Shown: positions 37,145-63,285 of the stretch, piece by piece
Numbering within the stretch: the first letter of the stretch is position 1
Layout: each line of letters begins with the position of its first letter
Source of the DNA: Blastocystis sp. Blastoise
Taxonomy: Eukaryota > Protista > Bigyra: Opalinata
Assembly: GCA_039096225.1 (NCBI GenBank)
Contig: JBBPEB010000015.1
Coordinates: 434,001-498,000, forward strand
DNA length: 64,000 nucleotides
Direction of reading: 5' to 3'
Translations under genes and position numbers: made by a program
The notes under the pieces: generated by a model
Database searches by the model: none
Seen by the model: only the letters and a program-made list of their open reading frames with translations
What the model was told of the DNA's origin: nothing

Positions 37145-40100
37145 TCTCCAAATTTACTAAGATAAACTATTAATTATAATATTTATATATAGAAGATTGT
37201 GATATGTTTTTCTATAAAGATTTCAACGCTTTTATTGATGCATTATATAATAATATGTTTTATGATTTATCAAAATATACTGAGTTGCCTACTAATTTTG
37301 AAGATATAATATTAAAATCAAGAAATTCTTCTTATTTATTATTATCTATTGTTCGTTATTCTGTGATTAAATAGTATATTAGTCTATTTAAATGTTACTT
37401 TATATTATATTATATTATATTACATTTATTATATTATATTTATTATATTATATTTATTATATTATATTAATTATATTATATTTAAAATATAGAATATAAA
37501 TGTATATATCTATAGTTCTGGAAAAGAGACCGAAACTAATCTTCCTTTTGATTCTATTACTCATTCAATTATTAGTGAACATTATTTATCACAATATAAT
37601 CAAGTAGTTCTTTCAGATATAAAGATACTTAAGGAGTTTGAATATATTCCTAAAGCGAAACAAGAATATAAAGAGAAAATTCAAGAATATCTTCATTCAA
37701 TAAATAGTCAATATTATCAATGGGATCCTGTGTTTATTTCTCCTTTATCTTTAATTACTAAGGATACTACTGAAAGTGGTTATGATATTATGTGTATTCC
37801 ATCTTTAGAAGAAGAATATAATGATGATATTGATATGAATAACGAATATATAGATGAAAATATTGATAAGAATTTAGGATTACAAGATTTTAATAAGAAT
37901 AATAATAGCGAAAATAATAATAATAATCAAGATAATAATCAAATAATTACATCTAAAGATATATATTCCTCTCTTTCAAAAGACTATGTCTCCCAACAAT
38001 ATGAATGTCTTAAGAAGGATCTATCAGCATTATATTCTACAATGAGTGATAAAATCATAGAATCTTGTATAATGACTATGGATATGTACATATGTAAAAC
38101 ACCAAAGAATATAGACAATAAAATGGATATTATCGATTTAAAAAATAAGAATAATGAACATAAAGAAAATATAAAGGAATTAAGATATTTCATTGAACAA
38201 TTATTAAGTGTACTAATGGAATATTTATCATGGCTTCCAAGTCTCTTTGATGATTGGAGTATATATATATATATTGATTTTTTGTTATTATATGTGTTTA
38301 TATTATTATACTGTTGTGTTTTAATTATATTATCATAGTTTTTTTTTTATTAATTATGTATTTTTATTTTTCTTATATTGTGTATTATATATTATATTTT
38401 TTATTATATTTTTTATTATATTTTTTATTATATTTTTTATTATATTTTTTATTATATTTTTTATTATATTTTTTATTATATTTCTTCTTATTATTTATAT
38501 TTTTTAATTATGCCTCTTATTATTATTTTATAATAATATTTTTTTATTATTTTTTTTATATTTATTCTTATTCTTATTTTATAATATAGATGATCATATA
38601 TTTTGTTCGGATTATTACTGTCTTGGAGATTCATTACCCGCTACTTTCTTTAAATACGTTCCACCAATCGAAAAGCCTGGTTGTATCCCTAAAGAAATAC
38701 TATTTCCGCTTCTCTCGGATTCTATTCAATTAGAAGTTCTTATTAAGGAATTAATATCTATAGATATGGGCACAATCCGATTACATGGAGTAGAATCAAA
38801 TAATGTTGTATATATTATTATTTTTTATATATTATATTAGTATTTAATATATATATATTTTTTTATCATTATTCTTTTTTTATTTTTATATTATTTTTTA
38901 TATATTATTTTTTATATATTATTTTTTTTTACATTTTTTTTTTTTTTTATATTATTTTTTTTTACATTATATTTTATATATTATTTTTTATATATTATTT
39001 TTTATATATTATTTTATATATATAGAAACCTAGAGTAACTCAGAGTGTTACCTATCTCTTCCGTTTTATGAATATGCTGATTAATTACCCCGATTTATGT
39101 GTAGATATTCAAAAAGAACAAATCGAATCTTTACTTGTATATTAATATTATTATTATGTATATATATATATTATTATTATAGTCTGTGACATTGTTATTA
39201 TTAGACTATTGTAAGAGTCATGCAACAAATACTTATATTCATATACAATTAAAATCAATTTTAGCTACAATGAATAGAGTTATTCAAACTCTTCCTGAAT
39301 GTATATATATATATATTTATATAAATATTTATATTATTTTATAATAATCATTATAATACTTTTGCTACTTTTCATTTAACTACATTTTTCTGTTATAGCT
39401 TATGAAATTGATGTAAATATTATTTTCAATGCAGTTGTTCAAACAATTCATGATATTGTATTTATTGTTTTTATATATAGTTTATAATATAATAATATTA
39501 TTTCTATATACCTATATATTATTTTTTAGGATGATTCTTATATACGTTTTGAGTCTATTGGAGACATACATAAAGATCCTCAATTCCAATATATAACATC
39601 TACTTCTTCTGATTCCTCTATATATTATACAGCACAAATTACTTCTTCTACGTATCCATTTAAGAATATCCCACTTCGTTATTGTTTATATAATTTCATT
39701 GATGCCTTATCTCCTAGTACTATCAACACAAAAGAAGAATTCGAAAAGAATAATGGTCCAGGAGCTAATAATTATTTTGGTTATACTATAACTGATACAG
39801 TAGTAAAAGAAAAGCCAGTAATTGATATTATGAAAAATAAAGATACTCTCTTGGAAAATAAAGATATCCAACATATTAAACATCTTGCAAATGAAATGAA
39901 TGAATATATTGTTACAAATTCTGTATGTTTTAATGTTTATTATATTACATTATATGATTATAATATATTATATTATATTATAATATATACTATACTATAT
40001 TATTTATTTTATATTATTATATTTTATTGTATTTATATATTATTATTACTATACTATATTATTTATTATATATTATTATATTTTATTGCATTTATATATT

Positions 40101-41366
40101 ATTATATACTATACTATATTATTGTCTACTATGCTATTATCCTATAATAAATTATAGGATATTAAAAAGCCAATAATAACTAATTTCCTTAACAATACGG
40201 ATCAGATCGATTTTTCTTCGTTTGCTACAGTTAAACAGAATCCTTGGGATAAGGCTAAAAAGCAAAAGAATCAAATGACAGAATCCTCTTCGTCACTTCT
40301 TTATAAGAGTCTATCTAAGACTTTATCAGAACCATCTACACAAGATAATAATAATAATATTCCTAACAATATACCAGAGTTATATTCATATGAATCTCGA
40401 AATTTTTCATCAAATATTGTTTTATCTCCTATTCCCTTCTTAGCATCACCAACATCTTCTTCTCCTTCTTCTCCTCTATGTCCTGCTCCTTCATCTTTCT
40501 CTATTCCTCGAACAAGTAGCTCTGGTCAAGAACCTGCAGATCTACCTACTATGCTTCCTCAAATGTCTTCTATGATTCCAGAAATACCTTCAATGCTTCC
40601 TCATATACCCTCTAATATTCCTCAAATACCATCAACAATTCATGAACCACCTTCTATGCTTCCTGAAGTACCCTCTATGCTTCCTCAAATACCCTCTACA
40701 ATTCATGAACCACCTTCTATGCTTCCTCATATACCCTCTAATATTCCTAAAATACCATCAACAATTCATGAACCACCTTCTATTCTTCCTCAAATACCCT
40801 CTAATATTCCTAAAATACCCTCTACAATTCATGAACCACCTTCTATTCTTCCTCAAATACCCTCTATGCTTCCTGAGATACCATCTACAATTCCTAAAAT
40901 ACCATCTACAATACATTATCCATCATTTAATAATACTGACAATAATAATGTAAACTCACCTTCATTTAAAAATTTTGTTTCTTCACTAAATCATGTCAAT
41001 GTTTTTCGAGATTATTCTACTAATAATATTCCTGTAGCCCATCCTGAGAAGTCAACACTTCCAACTATTATTAAGAGTTCGAAAAGACCTAGTATCAATC
41101 AAGACTCCGTATATAATTCTGGAAAACGAGTATCATCAGATTTGACTCTTTCAGATAAGAGCTATAAAGATCTTAATACTTCAAGTACACCTTTTTCTAA
41201 AGAATTCGATTTCTCTTCTTTAAACAATAACTCTAATTCTGAATCTAACAAATATAATAATACTGCCAAAAAGTTCTACACGTATAAGAATAACACTAAT
41301 GAATCAAATAATGATATAGATCCAAAAAAAACCATGAGAGGAACACAATCTCATGCTTATAATTAA
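36444..41366 (+). CDS. SIT4/PP6 phosphatase-associated protein (SAPS/PPP6R)-like
   Basis: Spliced YDNASKSLDGCLVANRSLVTDELYDNAKLMNALVNNIHRLGVLDLL and LLDYCKSHATNTYIHIQL parallel SAPS FFSKVLSILISRK...IIKHIGTSAIMDLL and FFKYTWNNFLHTQV. Confidence 0.7.
40545..40925 (+). repeat. Coding 21-bp (7-aa) Pro-rich tandem repeat
   Basis: About 18 units of the types PSMLPQI / PSNIPKI / PSTIHEP. Confidence 0.9.
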
Positions 41367-42122
41367 ATATATATAATTAAATATATTATACTGTTATTAT
41401 ATTATTATGATTATATAAATATCTCCAGTCAATTATAATCATTTATATCTATATATTTATATATTTATTCATTTATTTATTTTCATAATAATTCAAGTTT
41501 ATTTATTCATTATTGTTGAGTTTTATCTTTATTCCAATTTCACATACAATTGATTATTATTTATCTATCTATTCATAAAACATTTTTTCAGTAGTTTGGA
41601 CCATCAAGTTTTAAACCCATTTTTAGAATAAAAAATGATCTAAACCGTCAATCCGTCAAAATTGTTTCATAGTTGAACATTTCTTTTATAAATATATAAC
41701 ACATATATGTCGTTTATCCACATTTTACAGATTCAAAATATATCAAGTTTATATATAATGGAATCCAAGAAATAACTCTAATTACTCTTTTATATACAAT
41801 ATCATTCAAAATATGTCAAGTTGTTTTCATTCTTATGATGTACATAACTTCTTTATTCACAGTATATGTCCTTCTATGAATTGAATCATGTTTTAGAATA
41901 AACATAATGCATTTCTTTGCATTATTTTTCATTTTAATTTATTTCAAGTTAATCCATATATCTATCCTATAATATACAAATAACAAAACAGATACATATC
42001 CTCTTGACAAGAAATTAATATGTTAATAAACAATTTATAGAATAACCTTGGAAAATCCATCGTTGTTCTTTCAAATTGTAAATCTTTTATTTCTTTTATT
42101 TATTATCTCTATTATTTTATAA

Positions 42123-45802
<3,680 letters not shown>

Positions 45803-46124
45803 TGAGTTAAGAAGCTCTGTCAACATTCTTGTCAATCATTAATTTCTTTTATTTTTTTTAAATTTTATTTTATTGTATTTTATTTTATTGTTTATCGCAT
45901 TTGAAATAGTTGTTTTGTTGTATATATATATAATAAAAGACATAAAACGCAAAATACCATATATAAAAATTATTTTCATTTGTAGAGCAGAAAGAGGAAA
46001 CATATTTATGGTTATCATTAAAAATCATTAATAATTGTTTTCTTCTTATTTTCATCAGTGAAAGTATATATTCTAATAAATATATCTTATTCTATTATAC
46101 AATACAGAGTCCTATTTTTTTGAT

Positions 46125-51979
<5,855 letters not shown>

Positions 51980-52207
51980 AATTATTTATTTTTTCAATCT
52001 TAATGTTTCTTTTTTGTTAAATTATTGTCTTAATTAAAAATTGTTGATTTACCCACTAATGATATATTTTCTATATGTATATATATTATATATACTTGAA
52101 ATTGAAAAAAATACAAATTTGAAATAAAATCATACAAAACAAAAATCATATTTATACACCTTGGTTTCAAACAGAAATATGTCGTTGTAAGTAAACTGTA
52201 GTTATGC

Positions 52208-52762
52208 TTATGCGACAAGAGCAGAAGCAGTAGCAGATTCATACTTCCATTGAGGAGGGAGTTGTTTGGAGCTCTTGTAGTATCTAGCAATACGATGAAT
52301 ACGGGATTCAATAAGAATTAAACGGAACTTAGAATCACGATCCTTACGGTTATGTTCAAGATGCTTTCTGACAGAGACAGCCTTCTTAATAAGACAGTAG
52401 AGATCTTCAGGAAGAGCAGGAGCGAGACCGTTCTTCTTTAAGATTCTGAGTATCTTAGAACCTGTAACGTTCTTAACTTGACCGACACCTTCTTGATCTC
52501 TTAAGAGAACACCGATTTGGGAAGGAGTTAAACCCTTCTTAGCTAAACGGCAGATGTGTTCTTCGACTTCTTCAGCAGTCTTCTTGAACCAAGCAGGAGC
52601 AGTTCTCTTGTAGGGAACACAAGGAGCGGCAATACCATGACCATTACTGATAAGTATTATTATAAATTATAAACAATCAATGTCAATAAACACCAGAAAA
52701 AAAACAACTACGATTGAGAAAAACAACTAGAATACATACCCATTACTGTGCATACGACCCAT
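52208..52762 (-). CDS. RPS13: 40S ribosomal protein S13 (uS15), 2 exons
   Basis: MGRMHSNG...[11 protein letters not shown]...[15 protein letters not shown]...[40 protein letters not shown]...[13 protein letters not shown]. Intron at 52647-52739. Confidence 0.98.
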
Positions 52763-53940
52763 TATTAATACTTTGTATTGAAAGAAACTTCAAAGGTGAA
52801 ATAATAATTTCTTTTATAAACAAAAAAAAGTTCTGGGTTATTTATGAAAATTTTACTGAGTGGTTACTCCATTAATTTTTCCTATATAAATTTCTGAAAC
52901 CAAAAAGCATTTTTTGTCCATACATTTTTCTTAATCAACTTTGAACTCGAACCACTCACTCCTCGTTTTTTTATTATTTTTTGTCAGTCATTTTTACGAA
53001 TTAATCACGGTTTTTATTGTATACCTGAAAAATTGTTGAAATTTTTTTTTGAGATTTCAGAATAATTCAGTTACTATAGTAATTTAACCTATTTATAAAA
53101 TAGACACACCAATTTATTTAATAATAATTATAAGAATGATGATTACAATATATTTGATGAATCAAATTATCTGAATTTAATGTTTAATCCACGTATTGAG
53201 TTTATTACAAAAACGTAATATGTTTCAGAACTTATATTTAGTCTACAAATCTTCTTCTTAAAGTAAAGAGAATATATAATATAAGAGTTGATAACATAGT
53301 TTCTACAGTAATGTAACAAACATTAAGTTGACAATAAAGAAAATGTCATTATCTTCTAAGTTATTTGTGTATAAATTATTTTAATGTTATTTCTAAACAA
53401 AAAAAATACAATTGACATGAAATTAATCGTCTACTATTAACAAAAAGATAAATAGAAATCACAAAAAAGTGAGTTATTCAAGCCTACTTACAAAAATATA
53501 TATACATGTATTTATTTTTCATAGTCACATATGAAAGCTCATTTTATAAGATTTTTAGAGAGAATAACAAACAAAAAATTTCTTTATCTTGAATTTATGA
53601 AAATGCAGAAAACAGAATAATTACTTAATAAAAAGACTCCTACAAACAATTATATATATATAGAATACAAATGTAATACAGTGATATATATATAACAACA
53701 ATAAGAAGAATATAGAGTACAAAAATACTGAAGATCAACTACAATATGATTCTTAAAGGAAAAAATAAATAATGCAATTCGATAATATAAGTATAAATAG
53801 AAAAATAGATACGAGTTTTGTTATAGAATTTAATAAAAAATAAAATAGAAAGAGATATGGATAAATGAATATGTATAAAAATGAATATAAAAATTTTATA
53901 TATCATAATCTTTACTAATTGATTGTATGATATCATCTCC

Positions 53941-54095
53941 CTATAATTCAAGACCTAATTCAGTTCCTTCTTCTTCACTAAAACCAGGAATAGAACGTGC
54001 TCTTTGACGACCATTACTAGTGTTCGTTGAACTGTATACAACAGGACGAGTAGTAGGAGTAATCATCCAAATCTTATTAGCATATTCATTCATAC

Positions 54096-54183
<88 letters not shown>

Positions 54184-54910
54184 TGTAAAAGAATCGAATA
54201 TATATTTCTTTTCAATAAGTTATATATAGAGTATATTATATACGCTCTATCTGAAGAGAAATAACCTGTTCCCGCGGTATTGAGAAGACTCTTCTTACTC
54301 CATTCTAAAGGTTTCTTATAGAGAGCATCAACTTCACGTTGAGCACGTACGTACTGTATATATGCAATAAGAATAATATAATTAATTAATAAGAATTATA
54401 ATATAACATAAATATAGAAAGAAAAAATGAAATATAATAAAAAAGGCAGTTATATATATCTAGATACATCATCGAAATCTTCAGTAATAAGGTAATAATC
54501 ATAACCATAAATAAGAGACTGTAAAATAGGCATAATAAGATCGTTACCACCATAAGAACCGGAGGCAAGTTGACCAAGAACAATAGCTAATTCATTAGAA
54601 ATAGGTTTAGCTCTCTTTTGGCCCTATAATAATAAGTATATTTTATGAGTATAATTATGATGAGTATAAAATATAATAATAGCCTTTATATATATATATA
54701 TATATATATATAATACTTTACAACTATCTAAAGTCTTTCTAATTTCATTGACTTCTTCAGTTCGTTTACCAAATATAAACATATTCTCTTCTCCAATACG
54801 TTGAGCTAACTCAATATTAGCACCATCATAAGTACCAATAATAAGAGCACCATTCAAACAGAACTTCATATTACTATATGAATATATATAATACATAAGA
54901 ATATATAAAA

Positions 54911-54957
<47 letters not shown>

Positions 54958-57063
54958 TATTTACCTAGTTCCTGAAGCTTCTGTACCTGCAGTAGATATA
55001 TGTTGAGAAAGTTCAGCAGCAGGAATAATCAATTCAGCCTTACTGACATTATAATCAGGAATAAATACAATCTTAAGAAGATTATCAATAGAACGATCAG
55101 CATTGACTATTTCACCTACAGTATTAATAAGCTTAATAACTTTCTTAGCAAACTGATAAGAAGGAGCAGCCTATATAATAATAATAATAAACATAATAAT
55201 AATAATAATAATAAACATAATAATTACCTTTCCTCCAAAGATAACAACACGAGGAACAACATCTTTTCGTTGTTCTTTTGAAAGTCCTTTTATCCAATGA
55301 TAACGATATATACAATATAAAATATTCATTAATTGACGTTTATATTCATGAATTCTCTTAATCTATAAGAATACACATAGAGTAAGAGATAAATAAAATG
55401 TTTTTATAATATTAAATAAACATAATAATAATAATAAAAATAAATAAAAATAATAAAATAAACATAATAATAATAAATAAACATAATAACAACAATAAAA
55501 TAATAAGCAAAATAATATACTTGAATATCAAAGAGAGCATCTACATTAACTTCTATACCTAATTCCTTCTTAATATAAGCAGCAAGACGTATTTTATTTT
55601 GTCTCTTAATATCTCTCCATTTAGTTAATACTTCCTTATCATCTTGATATCTCTTTAATCCTTCTACTAAAGATAAATTGGTACACCATTCCTCATTACC
55701 CAATAAATCAGTAATCAGAGAAGAGAGAGCTATATGGACAATAAATTATCAATAAATATACATATATATTGTTAATAAACATAATAGTAATAAATTTGAA
55801 AATTTAAACAAATAAATCATAATATATTTATAATAAATATATAAATAATGTTAAAATAATATCCTATATATACATGGATTAGCAAGAAGTAACCAACGAC
55901 GAGGAGTAATACCATTAGTAACATTTAAGAATCGTTCAGGGTACATATCATAAAAGTATTTAAACAAATCATTCTTAAGAATTTCGGAATGAAGAGCAGA
56001 TACACCATTTACATGGGAACTAGCTATAATAGCTAAATTAGCCATACGATACTATATATATAAAGAGAAATATAGAGAGATAACAATAAAAATAATTATT
56101 TATGAATATATACAGATAATTATTAAATAATATATATATTATATATACCTTCTTGACAGAATCATTAGAGATAATAGATAGATTTTCCATTCTAGTAAAA
56201 ATATCTTTACTATCTTTATATAAGAGTTGAACGTCTTTCAAGAAATGCCAGTTAATATCATTAATAATCTGAGCAATTCTATAAGTTAAATAAAAAAAAA
56301 ATATTTATGTTCAATTAAAATATATATATATATATATTTTAAATAGTATAATAATATAGATAATAAAATGTAAATTATAATAAAGTGTATTATATTATAA
56401 TTATATATATACCTAGGTAATAATGTTTCTACGTCTTGAACACTCCAAGTTTCTAAGGCTTCACTCATAACGGTATGATTCGTATAATTAAATGTACGAC
56501 AACATAATTCCCAAGCTTCATCATAAGAGAGATTATATACATCGATTAATAAACGTAAGAATTCAGGTATAGCTAAAGTAGGATGAGTATCATTTAACTA
56601 TATATAATATTTTATGAATATATTATATAATAACATAATGTGTAGATAAAGAAGTATACAAAAATAATTTAAATATATACTTGAATAGTAAAGAAATCAG
56701 GCAATTCTTTCCAAGGAAGATCACGTTGAATAAAACGAGCTAATATATCCTAAAGATACAGTAAGAATAATGATAATAATATATATATAACAGATTATAT
56801 TAAAATTATAAGAAAATAAAATATATATAGAATACGTGACATATAAAGAATAACTAGAGTATATACTTGAATAGTACAGGAAACAAAGAAATATTCTTGT
56901 TTAAGACGAAGAGTCTTACCACTCATGGTACTATCGTTAGGATAAAGCACAGAAGTAATGGTTTCCGCGCGACGATCACTCTCTAATGCCTGAGTATAAT
57001 CTCCCTTATTGAATTCATTAAGATCAATTTCCTATAGAAATATTAATAATAATAATAATTTGC

Positions 57064-57098
<35 letters not shown>

Positions 57099-57459
57099 GA
57101 TAACATAATATATACATTAAGAGGAATAGCTCTCCAAAGACGAAGTGTATTACAGTTATTTGTATTATAACCAGGAATAGGAGTATCATAAGCTATACCT
57201 AATACACAATCACCATCCTCCCAAATACTCTAGAAGAAGGGGGATATAGAATATATTATAGAAAACAAATATATATATATATAAATTCTTAGAATTGAAT
57301 TATTACTTATAAGATACAGTATATATACATTTTTCTTTCCATCCTTCCATTCTTCACGTACTTTACCATAGAAACGAACTGGATACTTTATATCCTTACG
57401 TTGAATTTCCCAAGGGTTTCCAAATGTTAACCAGTAATCAGGATGTTCAACCTATACAG

Positions 57460-57500
<41 letters not shown>

Positions 57501-58673
57501 TCCTTAAATATACCTGCCAACCATCAATAATTTTCTGTTGAAACATACCATAGTTATAACGAATACCATAGCCAACAGCTATAGAATAATAAAAATAATA
57601 ATAACAATAATACCAAATAAATACATTTCCAATTAATAATAAAAACATAATAAGAAGATATCTAAAATTATAAAATACTATACCTGGATAATCTTGAGTA
57701 GCTAATGAATCTAAGAAACAAGCAGCTAAACGACCTAAACCGCCATTACCTAACGCGGGATCTTTTTCTTCTTCGTACATTTCTTCTAAATTACAACCTA
57801 ATTCATGAAGAGCCTAAATAAATAAATATATATATATTTCTTAAATTATGTGAGAAACAATAAAAATAACAATAAATATATATTGTTTAGTATACTTCAT
57901 TATAATTATCCTCAAGTTTAATATTAATTAAAGCGTTTTGTAATAATCTACCTAATAAAAACTCCATAGATAAATAATTAACGCATTTTGTTTGTGTAGA
58001 ATTCATATAGGCATAAGTATCATTAAGATTCTCAATTAAACGATCTCTTACACTATATAAAAAGAAAGTTATTATAGTATTTATAAAAATTAATAAATAT
58101 GATAATATATATCACAAAGAACGCCTTAATATGAACTACATAATGTTTATATATAATCTACCTATGAGATGTAGCTAACATAGCTTTCTGATTAGTCATA
58201 TCAAATCTAGTGCATGCTAAAGTATATTCCATATGATTGACAATAGTTCTTTGGATCGAATGCTTATCTATAATAAAAATAAAATAGAGAAAAAAAGAAA
58301 TAAAGAAACAAAAAAATGAGATTGACGTCAAGAAACCTAAGATTAAATATATATACCATTATCAATATAGCTAGCCATCAATGCCCACAATTTACTTGTC
58401 TTGTGGTTAACATTTAGACAACTATTGTATAAAAATTAAGAAAATGATTGTCATAGATCTTGGTAAAAGGAGAGATATAATAAAGGATATTTTTCTTGCT
58501 CTATATTTTTGAGAAATTTTTTCTCCAGAGTCTTCAGAATTAAAACGCTGCATCGGAATCTATTAATTAATATATAAGATCTAAACTATAGTTGAGTTTA
58601 TAGAAACAATCTTTTTTATATGCGAAGAATATGCGTTTGTATGACGGATGGCGAATCCGCGATGTACAGTCAT
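53941..58673 (-). CDS. Glycogen/starch (alpha-glucan) phosphorylase, about 20 introns
   Basis: Motifs [66 protein letters not shown] and EASGTSNMKF (PLP lysine). The donor of the first intron is uncertain. Confidence 0.97.
58427..58490 (-). other. U12-type AT-AC intron (64 nt)
   Basis: Minus strand 5' ATATCCTTTA, branch TTTTCTTAAT, 3' TATAC. Removal joins ...YRARK|[20 protein letters not shown], whereas read-through hits TAG. Confidence 0.9.
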
Positions 58674-59370
58674 AATTGAGTCATTGATTATCATAGAATG
58701 TTCTAAATGTAATCAACGAATTCATTGGTCAAAAATTCATATTGTATAATCTCATTTGGCAAAAGAAATTTCTGACTCTTTCTGATAAGAAAGACAAGTC
58801 CCTTTTGTTCAAGCATAATGAATCATCTGTTTTTTGTCTCTATTTTTGATATTTGCTTCAGGAAATAGACTATTTCAAAACCTAAGAATGATATATTTAC
58901 CATAACTTTAATTGAGAAGTTGCATTTAAAAAGAGTTCATTAATAGACTAGAGTTTAATCGCCATAAACTATTTTTTATTAATAGCTTAATTATTAGATT
59001 ATCTCTGATAACCAGATATATTAAAAACATTATGTGAAACTTAGATTTGAAAAAAAAATATTTCATGTTTCTTATCGTATTAGTTTAACATAATCTCTAT
59101 GATAATCATTGTTTTGATGAGGAAACTTTTATAGTGAAATAATATTCAGATTACATGTATTAAAACAAAATTAACTTTTAAAATGTGTTAAAAAGACATA
59201 TACTCATTTAAAGAATAAAAAATACTTGATTTAAGAAAAGGTTACACATAAAGTAGATGAAATAAAAAGATGAAAAGTTGAAAAATATACAAATGTTTAA
59301 AAAACATATAATTCCAAGATAGAAAAAAAACTATGTAATAGAATAAATAATATAAACACGCTTCATATAA

Positions 59371-60785
<1,415 letters not shown>

Positions 60786-63122
60786 ATTTACTTTATTTTA
60801 AACTCACAAATTAACTTTTAAAACAACAAAAATCCTAAATGATATTTTTTACTCTTTATTCTGTTAATGATTAAAAGTATTTACTATGAGACGTCAGTTA
60901 CCAAAACACTGCTATTTCATAGATTCGTTTCGAAAATCAGTATAAAATGTATATCAATATTTTTCGATTCTAGAAATGAATTTACAACAACCATAATAAA
61001 ACATTTATACGCAATAATAAACAATAAGATCAACATGAAGTAAAACAAAGTAGAATGCCTCCATATATCATTTTAACTATTGGATGAACAGAAAAAAAAA
61101 TTAAAAAGAGGGAAAAAAAAGAATATCTTTTGAAAGCAAAAAATACAATACAAACAAATAGAATTTTTGATAATAAGACATATAAAACATTTAATACAAT
61201 AATCTATAACTTCAGGGTTCATCAGTATATAAAGAAATAGATAAAAGCTAAAAATAAAACAGTATATATAGATATTTGTTAATATCATAGAGTATGTTAT
61301 AGACGTATATGAATATATAGAAAAATGATACAAAAAGAGAGATTGAAGAATAAGAAAAATATGTTAAATAGAAAGAAAGAGGAATGCAAAACAAGAGATG
61401 CATTTAAACAAGATATTTCTTTTGAAAATAAATATAAAAATAATGGTATATACATATAAATCGTATATGTGCAGTTAAATATATAAATATATAACGATAT
61501 AAAATAATAGTTAAAATACAACAGAAATACATATATATATTATTTTATATAGAATATACTGCATTGTTAAAAAAACAGCTTCAAGAGTTCAAAAAGAATA
61601 TAAAAAATGAATTTATACTTCATAACAAAGAATATGTATATTTGAAACATTCATTATATATTAATAATATATATCTTTAAGAATGATAAATTACAAAATA
61701 TTAAAAAAATAAACAGTGTACTTCTTCAAAAGAAAAATAAACTTGAAAGTAGTACTTCTTTATTTAAAACTAATATAATGTATGTTTATAAAGAAATAAT
61801 TATATTATATATATAATAATACCTATAGAGATTCGAAAAGAAACATTGGAATACTAGAAAAAAAGAAAAGTATATATATAAGAAATTAGTATTTAATAAG
61901 GTAACAATACTATAATATATATAAGAGAGAGAATAGTGTTTATCATATTATTAGACAAGATATAATCATAATATATAGAGTCAACTCTCAAGAAGTTAAC
62001 AAGAACAGATTAAAAAAATGAGACTCTAGATATACTGGATCTTTTCCAAAATACAAGACATTAATTATATTGTATCTTAATGTAATTGCTTATAGAAAAT
62101 ACTGAGTTTTGTTAAAAACACAATATATATTAAGAATAGAAAAAGACAATCATAATTATAATGTTATTATAAATAATGAAAAGAGAAGAAAAGTATTATA
62201 AAGAATTTAGTAATTAATTGAAAGAAAAAGACCTAAAGAGAAAAAAGTATCGAATAATAATAGACCTGAGGTTACAAATATATGCATATATACATTATTA
62301 TAAAAAATAATAGAAAAATATACAAGCACATACAGTGATAAAGAATACAAGAAAAGAAATTGTTTTTGTTTTAAATTAATAAATAAACGAGATATCAATA
62401 AATAATATTTCAATATATATAAAGTATGATATATTTATGAATATAATAACCCTTATGTAAATAAACTGATATTCAATAGAAAAAATAATGATAATAAAAG
62501 CGAGGAGAAATGGTTAAAAAAGAAGAGTACAAAAAAAAAATAATATATATATACATTATTAAAGGGAATAGTAATAAATAAAAATTAAATATTATATATA
62601 TATATATTAAATAACTACAAGATAGAAGCCACATAATATGCCGGCATAATATATTAATATATAATAAAAAGATTGAGAGAAAATAATTGTATAAAATAGA
62701 TTTGATAAAATATTTATATATATATATATAGAAACTATAACAAATTAAGAAGAAATAAGTATTAAAAAAAGGAGAAAAGGAAACATAAAGCAACATAAAA
62801 AGAAGTGTATATTTTAAGAAAAAAAAAAACAAATAAAACAAAAAAAAACAGAAATAAAAACAAAATAAAAGGATATTATTAAAAGAGGTTGAAATAAATT
62901 ATATATACATATATATATATAATATATATATAATGGGAAAACAATAAAGGAAGATAAAATAAATGGTTGATAAAAAATATATCATATACAAAAATTGAAA
63001 AATCATAAATATACATATATGTAAATTGCAATAAATATAAAACAAAATGATAATGAAAATAAATGTAAAAAGAATGAGATTGATTTTTTGACTATATGAT
63101 ATATATATATGTAGAATATAAA

Positions 63123-63233
63123 TTAAGCTAAGTAGAGAATGGACTGATGAAGAACGAAATAATTTGAATACGAAGATAAAAATAATGAAACATTATTCAT
63201 ATTAATAACCGAATAACTATAATAAATAAATAA

Positions 63234-63285
<52 letters not shown>

